Positions 1 to 9,371 of a stretch of DNA of 64,000 nucleotides are shown here, piece by piece (the first letter of the stretch is position 1; every line of letters begins with the position of its first letter). Made by a program: the position numbers and the translations under genes. The DNA is from Alphaproteobacteria bacterium. Lineage in GTDB: Bacteria > Pseudomonadota > Alphaproteobacteria > SP197. Where the stretch lies: positions 3,264,001 through 3,328,000 of the forward strand of contig OZ245842.1 in assembly GCA_965228895.1 (NCBI GenBank), read 5' to 3'. The notes beneath the pieces are model-generated. The model did no database searches. It was not told the origin of the DNA and worked only from the letters and a program-made list of their open reading frames with translations.

Positions 1-678
1 AATTACTCGGAAGACTACGGCGACGTACATGCCGACGTCTTCGCCCAGGAGGTGGCCATGGGCTGGCGCCTGCCCTATGGCGACAGCGCCGAAGAAACCC
101 TGCGCGGCTTCGTGCTTGGGGTTGATAGCGACGACACGACGAACCACTCCGGCGCGGCCGACTACAAGTCAGCCAACACCGATGTCTTGGGCTGGATCGC
201 AGAGCGCATCACGGGTCGCTCGCTGCGCGCCATGCTGATCGACATCGTCGAGGCAGCAGGTATCGAGGGCACGTTCTACATCAGCTGCGACCGCGATGGC
301 GTTCCCGTCGTCAGCGGCGGCGGTTTGCTGACCGCCCGCGACCTCGCCCGCTATGGCCTCCTGCTCGCACGCCACGGCCAGGGCGTTGACGGCCGCCAGG
401 TCGGCGACGCCGCCTTCACGGCCCAGTCGATCGCCCATCCCGGCCCCACCATGCCGGCGCCCGCCGAGTTCATGAGCTACTCCAACCAACTCATGACCAA
501 CGGCCGCTGGCTCGGTCATGGCGGTTACGGCGGTCAGTTCCTGCTCGCCGATCCGCAAACGGACATGGCGATGGCCTTCTTCTCGGTCCTGGAGAACCGC
601 GAAGCCATTGACCGGCCTTACTACAAGGACGTCATCACCATGGGCACCGAGATCGCCGCGCTCCTGGAATCCGGCTAA
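1..678 (+). CDS. Serine hydrolase, beta-lactamase/NylB-like (5'-truncated by window edge)
   Basis: Frame open from base 1; YKSANTDVLGW, LTARDLARYG and HGGYGGQF motifs. Confidence 0.8.
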   Translation, partial: NYSEDYGDVHADVFAQEVAMGWRLPYGDSAEETLRGFVLGVDSDDTTNHSGAADYKSANTDVLGWIAERITGRSLRAMLIDIVEAAGIEGTFYISCDRDGVPVVSGGGLLTARDLARYGLLLARHGQGVDGRQVGDAAFTAQSIAHPGPTMPAPAEFMSYSNQLMTNGRWLGHGGYGGQFLLADPQTDMAMAFFSVLENREAIDRPYYKDVITMGTEIAALLESG

Positions 679-682
679 GCCT

Positions 683-1666
683 ATGTCGACGCCGCACGCC
701 TCACCGCTGACATCGCCGGAGACGGCCGGCTCGCACATGGTACATCACATTCCGCGCGCGATGCCGTCGACGCCGATCAGCCACGTCATCGACACGCTTC
801 AAGGCCAGCGGTTCGACTGCGCCGATACGATTTTTGTCACCGACGACCACGGTCATTTGGAAGGCATCGTGCGGATCAACGATCTGTTTGCCGATGGCGA
901 GCGGCCGATCGGTGAAATCATGGAGCCCGAGCACCTGGCGGTGCATCCCGATGACGACCAGGAAGCCATTGCCGTGCTGGCCATGCGCCTCAAGATGATC
1001 GCCGTGCCGGTGGTCGACAATGACGGACGGCTGATCGGCGCGGTACCGCCCGAAGCACTTTTTCGTATCCTGCGCCACGAGCACATGGAGGACTTGCAGC
1101 GTCTGGCCGGTATCGAACCGCATGAGCACGGTCCCGACGTCGCGTTGGACGCGCCGATCTTTGATCGGTTTCGTCGTCGCCTGCCCTGGTTGCTTGTCGG
1201 GCTTTTGGCGTCCTCGGTGATCACGCTGGTCATGACAGGTTTCGAGGAGAGCCTGGCGGCGAATGTCGCTGTCGCCTTTTTTGTTCCGGCACTCGTCTAT
1301 ATCGCCGGCGCGATCGGCAGCCAAGCCGTCTCGGTCGCCGTGCGCGGCCTTGCGGCCGACCATGTGGCCATCGTTAGCCTGATCCGCGACGAGTTCGTCA
1401 TCGGTGTCGCGATCGGCGCCTCGCTTGGCCTCGTCGCCTTCGTTGCCGTCTATCTCGTCTTCGACAACGACGTGCTGGCGCTTGCCGTCGGCCTGGCGGT
1501 GCTGGGCGGCGGTACGGTCTCGGCCGTCGTCGGCTTCGGCCTGCCCTGGCTGTTCCAGCAGTTCGGCGCCGATCCCGCCATGGGCAGCGGCCCGATCTGC
1601 ACCATCATCCAGGACGTCGCCAGCCTCTTCCTCTATTTTGTTCTGGTCAGCGCCCTCATTCTCTAG
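683..1666 (+). CDS. mgtE: Magnesium transporter MgtE-like (CBS pair plus TM domain, no N-domain)
   Basis: CBS motifs (VPVVDNDGRLIG), RRRLPWL, DPAMGSGP..TIIQD; ATG 683 just after upstream stop. Confidence 0.8.
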   Translation: MSTPHASPLTSPETAGSHMVHHIPRAMPSTPISHVIDTLQGQRFDCADTIFVTDDHGHLEGIVRINDLFADGERPIGEIMEPEHLAVHPDDDQEAIAVLAMRLKMIAVPVVDNDGRLIGAVPPEALFRILRHEHMEDLQRLAGIEPHEHGPDVALDAPIFDRFRRRLPWLLVGLLASSVITLVMTGFEESLAANVAVAFFVPALVYIAGAIGSQAVSVAVRGLAADHVAIVSLIRDEFVIGVAIGASLGLVAFVAVYLVFDNDVLALAVGLAVLGGGTVSAVVGFGLPWLFQQFGADPAMGSGPICTIIQDVASLFLYFVLVSALIL

Positions 1667-1674
1667 TCAGGTCC

Positions 1675-2589
1675 ATGGATTCCTCCGCCTACACCGCACG
1701 CGCCTATCGCGATGAGGCCGATTACGCGCTCCTGCGCCGTTTCCTCGTGCGCCTGTTCGCCGATGATGGATTCCCCGTTCAGTGCACCATCGGCGACCTC
1801 GACTGGTGGCGCTGCCAAAGCGACGATCCCGACCAGGAGATCGCGACCGCCCATCTATGGTTCACATCCGCCGGCGACCTCGCCGGCTTTGCCTGGCCCG
1901 CCGATGACGAGGTCGACATCTTCGCGCAAGCCGCACATAAAGAGCTCGAAGACACCATGATCGCCTGGGCCGAGGAACGCCGTCTTCGCCAGCAAACCGG
2001 CGGCGCGGCCGTCACGTTTCAGGTCCAGACCTTCGACAGCGACACCGCGCGCCAAGCGATCCTCAAACGGCGTGGCTACGCCTATGATGGTTCCAACATC
2101 GTCTACCGCCAGCGTTCGATCGACGCGCCGCCGCCACCGACGCCCTTGCCCGCGGGCTACACCATCCGCCTCATGGATGGCGAACGCGACATGGCCCAGC
2201 GTATTGCCGCCCACCGCGACGCCTTCGCGCCGTCCAAGATGACCGAGGCGCGCTATCGCTATGCCATGGCTTCGCCGACCTATCGCGCCGATCTCGATCT
2301 GGTGGTCGCTGACGCAAACGACGACGTCGCCGCCTTCACGACGATTTGGCTCGACGACAACAACCGGCTCGGCGTCTTTGAACCCGTAGGCTGCCACGCC
2401 GACCACCGGCGCCGCGGCCTGGCCCGCGCCGTCATTACCGACGGTCTGCGCCGGCTGCACGGCCTCGGCGCACGCCACGCCATCATCGGTTCCGATATGG
2501 ACAACGAAGTCGCGAACCCGCTTTATGAGTCCCTTGGCTTCGGCGACGACGCGACGACGAGCTGCTGGACCAGATCCCTTTCTGCCTGA
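1675..2589 (+). CDS. GNAT family N-acetyltransferase
   Basis: EPVGCHADHRRRGLARA acetyl-CoA motif; LYESLGF. Confidence 0.85.
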   Translation: MDSSAYTARAYRDEADYALLRRFLVRLFADDGFPVQCTIGDLDWWRCQSDDPDQEIATAHLWFTSAGDLAGFAWPADDEVDIFAQAAHKELEDTMIAWAEERRLRQQTGGAAVTFQVQTFDSDTARQAILKRRGYAYDGSNIVYRQRSIDAPPPPTPLPAGYTIRLMDGERDMAQRIAAHRDAFAPSKMTEARYRYAMASPTYRADLDLVVADANDDVAAFTTIWLDDNNRLGVFEPVGCHADHRRRGLARAVITDGLRRLHGLGARHAIIGSDMDNEVANPLYESLGFGDDATTSCWTRSLSA

Positions 2590-2647
2590 TGTCGCTTGCG
2601 CCCGGCCGCTCTTGGGTGTGAAATCGTCCGAGCAATGGAGGTCTGTC

Positions 2648-3850
2648 ATGGGTTTTGCTCAACAGGATGTCTCCGGCGATCCCATCGCGCTCAGTGGTGT
2701 ATCCGAACAAGCGAACGGCCTCGTCCTCTCGTGGGCGGATGGCGCCGAAAGCTTCTTCCACTTCGTCTGGCTACGCGACTGCTGCTACTGCGAACACTGC
2801 GGCAACAGTTATTCCAGCAAACGCTTCGTCGTGCCCAGCGACGTACCGCTCGACGTCCGCCCGTCGTCGCTAGCAATCGGGGATGGCAACGAACTTGCCG
2901 TCACCTGGGCGCACGACGGTCACCGATCGCATTATCCGTCCGCATGGTTGCGCCAGAACCGCTATGATGACGAGGCTCGGGCCGCGCGCCGGCACCAACC
3001 GATCCTGTGGGATGCCGGCATCAACGATGTGCCCCCGGCGGTCGACTTCGATGCCGCGCGCAACTACGACGACGACCGCCTGGACTTCTACCGCAAGCTC
3101 CGCGACTACGGCTTCGTGCTGGTCCGCGGCGGACCCAAGGAACTCGGGTTTGTCGAGGAGGTCGCAAGGATGATTGGCGACCTCGGCGACTCCGCCTACG
3201 ACAGGATCTTCGACCTTTCGCCCAAGGGCAAACACAACACCATGGGCAACACGTTTCGCACGGTGCCGCCACACACCGACGAGGCCTACCGGTTCGCGCC
3301 ACCCGGCATCAATGTGCTCGGCTGTATACGCCCGGCCGATGACGGCGGCGATTCGATCCTGGTCGACGGATTCCGTCTGGGCGAAGTCCTGCGCGCCGAT
3401 GACCCCGAGGCCTTCGCGCTCTTGGCCCGGACGCCGAACGTGTTTCACCGCGTTCACGGCGACCAGCTCGACCAACGTTGCTACACCCGCATGTTCGCGC
3501 TCGACGAGCGGCAGAACATCGTCGGCGTCAGGATCCACACACGCTCGTCCGGACCGATGGACCTGCCGGCCGATCTGGTCGAACCCTTCTTCGCCGCCTA
3601 TCACAAACTTTCGGCCTTGATGACAGCGCCCGAAAACCAGGCCCGCTTCGCGCTGCAGGCCGGCGAGACCGTGCTGTTCGACAACCAGCGTGTGCTGCAC
3701 GCGCGCACCAGCTTCTCCGGCGCCGACCGACACCTGCAGATCTGCAACGTCGCGCGCGAACAATTCCACCAACGCCTGCGCCTGCTCGCGCGCTCAATGG
3801 GTTATGTCGACGAAGCCGAACAGATCCTGGCGCAAGGCGTCGCGGGGTGA
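2648..3850 (+). CDS. TauD/TfdA Fe(II)/2OG dioxygenase, gamma-butyrobetaine hydroxylase-like
   Basis: WLRDCCYCEHC Zn motif, HTD, FDNQRVLHART; GGAGG RBS before ATG 2648. Confidence 0.85.
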   Translation: MGFAQQDVSGDPIALSGVSEQANGLVLSWADGAESFFHFVWLRDCCYCEHCGNSYSSKRFVVPSDVPLDVRPSSLAIGDGNELAVTWAHDGHRSHYPSAWLRQNRYDDEARAARRHQPILWDAGINDVPPAVDFDAARNYDDDRLDFYRKLRDYGFVLVRGGPKELGFVEEVARMIGDLGDSAYDRIFDLSPKGKHNTMGNTFRTVPPHTDEAYRFAPPGINVLGCIRPADDGGDSILVDGFRLGEVLRADDPEAFALLARTPNVFHRVHGDQLDQRCYTRMFALDERQNIVGVRIHTRSSGPMDLPADLVEPFFAAYHKLSALMTAPENQARFALQAGETVLFDNQRVLHARTSFSGADRHLQICNVAREQFHQRLRLLARSMGYVDEAEQILAQGVAG

Positions 3851-4671
3851 AGCGCCGGCGACCCGGCACGCGGTCCTCGGCAAGTTACGGCTTTGCCACG
3901 CTATCTCTTGTCATCTCCTGTATGCCGTCCGTCGCAGCGCCCGAGGCACCGCACGTCTTTCCCATCTATGACAATCATCTGATCCTGCCCTTCATGTGTA
4001 TGGGCGATGAGGCGCTCACGTGGTCTCAGTCGATGGCGGACAGCATTGGCGGGCTTGCCCCCGGCGCGACGGTTTTCCGGCTTCATGATGACGGCAGCCT
4101 CAGTCCGGCCACGCTTGGCACGCTCGTCTGCGTGCGTGGTGAATGCCGGGGTGACCACGCGGGCCTCGCCGTTGACGGCGGCGAACCGGAGCGGAAGGTC
4201 GTCGCAGTTATGCCGGACGACGCATACGGTTCCGCGAAGCCGTTCCTTGCCAGTCCGACGCCGGATGACTGTTCAAACCTTCCGCCCCAAGGTAACGATC
4301 CCGAAGGATTTGGATTCCCCACGACGACACCCTTTTGCGCAACCTACCGCACAGGGGATGATGGCGGCATGACGATCCAGATTGCCGGTCACGGCTGGAT
4401 GCAAGAGAATGGTTGGCCGGTCTATCGCTTCTTTTCGCGCACTGTCGTGGTAGACCACACCGTACCCTGGGTTGATCATGGTGACGGCACGTCGCCGCTT
4501 GAGCCGCGCTTTGCCTGGAGTCGCATCGACGGCGCGGCTCATCTCCTTTGGATCCGCGAAGATGGCATTATCGGCCCACAGGCCTTCACGCTTCGCGAAC
4601 AGAGCGTTGACCCGAACGGCAATGCGAGTTGGGTCGGGACCTATCAAGCGGGCGGTCAGCCCTGCGACTAG
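3847..4671 (+). CDS. Hypothetical, probably exported protein
   Basis: GTG overlaps upstream TGA (GTGA); basic then hydrophobic N-terminus; no family recognised. Confidence 0.5.
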   Translation: MKRRRPGTRSSASYGFATLSLVISCMPSVAAPEAPHVFPIYDNHLILPFMCMGDEALTWSQSMADSIGGLAPGATVFRLHDDGSLSPATLGTLVCVRGECRGDHAGLAVDGGEPERKVVAVMPDDAYGSAKPFLASPTPDDCSNLPPQGNDPEGFGFPTTTPFCATYRTGDDGGMTIQIAGHGWMQENGWPVYRFFSRTVVVDHTVPWVDHGDGTSPLEPRFAWSRIDGAAHLLWIREDGIIGPQAFTLREQSVDPNGNASWVGTYQAGGQPCD

Positions 4672-4747
4672 AGGTCTCGGTTCCTATGAAGCTCCGATTG
4701 CGTTAAGCCGCCAAGGTGACGAAAAGTTCAGGTGAGAGGCCACCGAC

Positions 4748-5575
4748 GTGACGTCAACCGACATTAAATCAATGCGGCTCTACGCCCATCTCGACCGTTT
4801 GACGAACGAGATCAAGGCTGCCGGCATCGATCCGGATGGCCCACTGACCGTCGATCAGCTCAGCCCGTTCGACAACCTGCACTATCACGGCACCGACGCC
4901 ATGGATCGCGCGATCCAGGAGCTGGGCATCAATGCCAACAGCAACATTGCCGAGGTCGGCTCCGGTCTTGGCGGTCCCGCGCGCTACATCGCCGATCGCA
5001 CAAGCTGCTGTATCACGGCGCTGGAACTACAGCCGGATCTCGACGCCTTCGCCCAAAAACTCACCCGGCAATGCGGCTTGGACGACCGTGTCGCCCATCG
5101 CTGCGGCGACATTCTTGACGGTCCGCTCGAGCCCGGCGCCTATGACGCAGTGGTCAGCTGGCTCGCCTTCTATCACATCGCCGATCACGCGACGCTCTTT
5201 GTCCGGATCGCCGATGCGCTGAAACCGTCAGGCCGTCTCTATGTCGAGGACATCGCCGGGCGTGGCGATTTCACGGCGGAAGAAACAGCCTTGCTACGCG
5301 ACAAACTCTATGGTCAATCGACGCCGAGCCTCAACGCCTACCGCGAACAACTGGCCCGTGCCGGGTTCGCCGACATCCGGCTCGACGATCTCTCCGACGA
5401 TTGGGCCCAATTCACCCACGATCGCATCCTTGCCTACCGCGCTAACCGCAACCGCCATGTCGCCCTGCACGGCGAAGTAACGGTCGCCGAACTCGAAACC
5501 TTCTATGGCGCCGTCGACCGGCTGTTTCAATCCGGCAAGCTCGGCGGCCTACGCGCGATCGCTCGCAAGGCCTGA
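4748..5575 (+). CDS. Class I SAM-dependent methyltransferase (sarcosine/dimethylglycine or phosphoethanolamine N-methyltransferase-like)
   Basis: EVGSGLGGPARY motif I; LKPSGRL. Confidence 0.8.
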   Translation: MTSTDIKSMRLYAHLDRLTNEIKAAGIDPDGPLTVDQLSPFDNLHYHGTDAMDRAIQELGINANSNIAEVGSGLGGPARYIADRTSCCITALELQPDLDAFAQKLTRQCGLDDRVAHRCGDILDGPLEPGAYDAVVSWLAFYHIADHATLFVRIADALKPSGRLYVEDIAGRGDFTAEETALLRDKLYGQSTPSLNAYREQLARAGFADIRLDDLSDDWAQFTHDRILAYRANRNRHVALHGEVTVAELETFYGAVDRLFQSGKLGGLRAIARKA

Positions 5576-5588
5576 CGCCTACGCCCTC

Positions 5589-5954
5589 TCAGATGTCCAA
5601 ATCCTTACCGACCATCATGCGATGGCCGTCGACAGTGCGCAGGGCGAACTCACGCATGCCCCAGGGTTCCGAGCGCACGTCCTTCAGGATCTCCGCACCC
5701 GCCGCTTTGACGTCCGCAAAGTAATCGTCGACCTCATCGACAACGAGATACGCAAAATAGGAGTGATCGCCCAGGTCAGCAGGCGGAATCGCGTCCGGGC
5801 ATTCGCCTGCCATAATGCGGCAGCTTTCCTTGACGAACATGCGCCAACCGGGATCGCCGATCTCGCGAATCTCGAACCCCATTACGTCGCGATAGAACGA
5901 CGCGGAAACCTGAAGGTCCGGCACGGCGATAACAAAGAACGTGTGGGTGATCAT
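5589..5954 (-). CDS. VOC/glyoxalase-bleomycin resistance family protein
   Basis: FYRDVMGF; EPWGMREFALRTVDGH. Confidence 0.85.
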   Translation of the reverse strand: MITHTFFVIAVPDLQVSASFYRDVMGFEIREIGDPGWRMFVKESCRIMAGECPDAIPPADLGDHSYFAYLVVDEVDDYFADVKAAGAEILKDVRSEPWGMREFALRTVDGHRMMVGKDLDI

Positions 5955-6058
5955 GGGCGAACTCCGGCAAGACGATGGCGTGCGCTAGCATTGCACAGGC
6001 CGGTGCGCGTGTTCACCCTTCAACAGAGGTCAACGGTAGGGAAATGATAAGTCCGGTA

Positions 6059-6307
6059 TCAGGCCTTGCTGCGGGCAAAGAACGCGATGCCGAGCAGAAC
6101 GATCACCGCAACGATGACGGTCACGACGTAGATATCAAAGCCACCGATCCAATGTTCGAGGCGGGAAATCTCCGTCTGGACCGACCGTGTGTTGCGATCG
6201 TTCTGCATGAAGTATTCGGCGATCAACACGCCGGACGCCGTCGACGTCGCGATGGTCAAGATCGCAACGATCGTGGTCCGCAGTTTTGTGAGGCGATTTC
6301 CGGCCAT
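6059..6307 (-). CDS. Small two-TM hypothetical membrane protein
   Basis: Two hydrophobic segments; GAGGAG upstream. Confidence 0.55.
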   Translation of the reverse strand: MAGNRLTKLRTTIVAILTIATSTASGVLIAEYFMQNDRNTRSVQTEISRLEHWIGGFDIYVVTVIVAVIVLLGIAFFARSKA

Positions 6308-6554
6308 GGTGCCGACAACTCCTCAGTGTTCGCGCTCACCACAGAGCGGGCGGTTCGATACCGCATCGTTCTCCGTGGCCGGGCAACATTGCCCAAGGGG
6401 TCTGTTCAACCCAACCTCAGAATAAGGCGTGACGCCTGAACAAAGTGTGACGGATTGCATTTCTTTGTCATTCGCTTCGATGTCCGTCAGACCCGAATCG
6501 CAGAAAAACACTTCATTATTTCAATGCGTTAGAGAGTTTTGAGACATGTTTCCT

Positions 6555-7919
6555 TCACGTCATGTCCGATGCCGTATCGTCAGAACGTACGAAGAACACC
6601 GTCAACGACAGCACGACGAACGTCACCACGCACGTGACATAGAACGCCGACCCATAGCTTCCGGTGATCGTATAGAACAGCGCCATCACCGCGACGCCGA
6701 GCGTGGCGCCCAGTTGTTGCATGGTCATCATAATGCCGCTCGCCTGGCCGTGCTTGGCGATCGGAATGGCCGCCGTGATGATGTGGCGCGGCGCGATGAA
6801 CATGGCGGCATTGGCCATGCCCCATGCCGTCAGCGCGGGGATCATGACGACATAGCTCTGCCATCCCGACGCAACGCCCAGCCATAACTGGGCGACGGCC
6901 GCCATCAGCAGACCGGCCAACGCGACCTTCTTGGCGCCCCACCGGTCGGTCAGGCGGCCCGTTGGAACGGCCGTTATGGGCACGGCGCCGACAGCCACCA
7001 ACAGCGCCACGCCGGTCATCAAGGGGCTCATACTGAGCACGTCCTGCAGGTAGAGCGCACCGAAGATGACGACGGCCATCTGATTGAACTGCGCGGTGAA
7101 GATGACCAGGTTCGACACCGTGAACGTCCCGCTGCGAAACATCACGATATCGATCAAGGGCGGCTTGAACCGCGTCTCGACGACCACAAACACAGCCATC
7201 ACGACAACACCGCCACCCAGCAGTCCCAGAATGAACGGATTCGACCAGCCGAGTTCCTGGCCTTCCATCAGCGCAAAGACGATCATGCTCAAACCGGCGA
7301 CCAGGGTCAGAAGGCCCAACCAATCCATGCGGCCGGGCGGCTTGTCGCGTTCGGGGTCGCGCCACGCGGCCAGCACCATGAGGCCGATGGCCGCGGCGAT
7401 GAACGGGTTGATCCAGAAGATCCAGCGCCACGACAGGACTTCGATCATCAGGCCGCCGACAAACGGACCCAGCGCCAGAAACACCGTGCCGGCGGCGCTA
7501 TAGATGCCCAGCGCCATGCCGCGCTCTTCGGGCGGAAAGGCGATCGACACCATGGCGAGCGAGACCGGGAAGATCAGCGCCGCGCCGACGCCCTGCACGA
7601 TCCGCGCGATAATCAACGTCGTGCCGTCGACGGCGAAACCGCAGGCCAGCGACGACAGGCCGAACAACAAAACCGCGCCCAGCATCGTCATCTTGTGGCC
7701 GATGATGTCACCCAGCTTGCCGCCGGCCGCCGCCAGACCGGCAAAGACCAACAGGTAAGCGTTGATCACCCAATGCGATGTTGCCTCGCTCATGGCGAGG
7801 TCTTGACGCATGGTCGGCAACGCGACGCCGACTACCGTCTCGTCCAGCAGGATCACACCCATGACCCCGCCCATGGCGGTCAGCACCCACCATTTGCGCC
7901 GATGTTCAGCGACCAACAC
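6555..7919 (-). CDS. MFS transporter, DHA2 (EmrB/QacA-like)
   Basis: LDETVVGVALP, GKLGDIIG, SWRWIFWINP; about 14 TM. Confidence 0.9.
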   Translation of the reverse strand: MLVAEHRRKWWVLTAMGGVMGVILLDETVVGVALPTMRQDLAMSEATSHWVINAYLLVFAGLAAAGGKLGDIIGHKMTMLGAVLLFGLSSLACGFAVDGTTLIIARIVQGVGAALIFPVSLAMVSIAFPPEERGMALGIYSAAGTVFLALGPFVGGLMIEVLSWRWIFWINPFIAAAIGLMVLAAWRDPERDKPPGRMDWLGLLTLVAGLSMIVFALMEGQELGWSNPFILGLLGGGVVVMAVFVVVETRFKPPLIDIVMFRSGTFTVSNLVIFTAQFNQMAVVIFGALYLQDVLSMSPLMTGVALLVAVGAVPITAVPTGRLTDRWGAKKVALAGLLMAAVAQLWLGVASGWQSYVVMIPALTAWGMANAAMFIAPRHIITAAIPIAKHGQASGIMMTMQQLGATLGVAVMALFYTITGSYGSAFYVTCVVTFVVLSLTVFFVRSDDTASDMT

Positions 7920-7955
7920 GACGTGCGCCCCTACCGTCGCCGGTGACCGCGGCTC

Positions 7956-8270
7956 CTAGACGCCGCAGGCGGATTTTATCTCGGCAATCTTGGCATCAAT
8001 CTTTTCGTTGTATTCGCCGCCGGCGATCTCAAGGCGCTCCTCTTCGGTGCCCGTAACGACACCGTAAACTATGGCGGCAGGAACGAACGAGAAGACACCC
8101 GATGCCATTTCTTGGGCAACATGGGCCTTTTCGCTCTCCAGGACGCGGATATCGCCTTCGGCGGTGGCGCAGTTCACCGGTTTCGCGACTTCCTTTTCTT
8201 CCTGCGCAAAACGCTCCGTGCAACCAACCAAGGCAACGCTTGCGACGACAGCGGCCAACAAGACTTTCAT
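7956..8270 (-). CDS. Lipoprotein, unknown function
   Basis: MKVLLAAVVASVALVG-C lipobox; GGGGGAG RBS before ATG 8270. Confidence 0.7.
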   Translation of the reverse strand: MKVLLAAVVASVALVGCTERFAQEEKEVAKPVNCATAEGDIRVLESEKAHVAQEMASGVFSFVPAAIVYGVVTGTEEERLEIAGGEYNEKIDAKIAEIKSACGV

Positions 8271-8370
8271 GGACTCCCCCTCTCCGTCACCGCGGCGGAT
8301 AATGGGTATCCGTGGCGGCATCGATAGCCTCGTCACAGCATGGGCGCTTGGGGGGCGCGCGGTCAAATGG

Positions 8371-9354
8371 TCAGCCGCGCTTGACCGCCTCCATCATGGC
8401 GGGGAAGTCAGGCCGGTTCATGATCGCCTGGCAGCGGGTGAACCGGTTCATCGCGTAATCCCAGTAACTCGCGAACTCATAGGCCGGGCGCGGGTTGGCG
8501 TTGACGTGCTGCAACACGCCCCACAGCGTCCACAACAGGAAGACCAACGCCTTCTGCATCTGCATGCGGCCCATCTCCGCTTCCGTCGGCTCGCGCCCGA
8601 CATAGGCTTCCAGGAATATGCGGTCCTGTTCCTCGGTGAAGTCGGATTCGACCGAAAAGTCGCCGAGATCCCAATAGGGATCGTTGTTGCCGCCGAACTC
8701 CCAATCCAGGATGAAAACCTGGTCGCCCGTATCGACAAGGTTCTCCGGCGCCGGGTCGTTGTGGCAGGGCACAAACGCCTTGCAGGTTTCGTTCAAGACC
8801 GCGCGAATGCCCTCGGCCTCTTCCTGCACCCGTTCGTACCCCTCCGGCAGTTCGGCATTCTTCGCCCGCAACACGTCCAGGTACTCCTGTGCCACCGTCT
8901 TCGGTTCGAAGCGGTTCAGCATTTGCTTGCCGCAGGTATGTAGGCGATGGAAGGCGCGCGCCGCCCGCCGTACCGCCTCGGGATCGTCCAGCACGCCGGG
9001 CTGGCGCATGTCGATGCTGCCCTCGATGAAGGCGGTAATCTGAATGCCCGCCGCGACGTCGTAGTGCACCAGTTTGGCGCCCACGCCGACCTCGTCGGTC
9101 AACTGGCCGGCCTGGCAATCGGCGGCGCGGTCAACATACTCTTCGGTCCCGGCCCCGGGGATCCGAACCACGTACCGCCCGCCGTTCACCGTGATCAGAT
9201 AGTTGCGGTTGGTCATGCCCGCCAGCGGCTCCAGCGGCACGCTCTCCGCCTCGACCTTGCCTTCGCCGATCACCTCCGCGGCAACAGCGCGCGCCCGCGC
9301 CCGGCGCTCCAGTTCTTCGTTATCAATGACGTCTTCTGTCACGGCTTCCCCCAC
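8371..9354 (-). CDS. Choline/ethanolamine kinase family phosphotransferase
   Basis: GMTNRNY, Brenner motif CHNDPAPEN, LDWEFGGNNDPYWDLG. Confidence 0.85.
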   Translation of the reverse strand: MGEAVTEDVIDNEELERRARARAVAAEVIGEGKVEAESVPLEPLAGMTNRNYLITVNGGRYVVRIPGAGTEEYVDRAADCQAGQLTDEVGVGAKLVHYDVAAGIQITAFIEGSIDMRQPGVLDDPEAVRRAARAFHRLHTCGKQMLNRFEPKTVAQEYLDVLRAKNAELPEGYERVQEEAEGIRAVLNETCKAFVPCHNDPAPENLVDTGDQVFILDWEFGGNNDPYWDLGDFSVESDFTEEQDRIFLEAYVGREPTEAEMGRMQMQKALVFLLWTLWGVLQHVNANPRPAYEFASYWDYAMNRFTRCQAIMNRPDFPAMMEAVKRG

Positions 9355-9371
9355 CTTCCTGTGACAAGCGC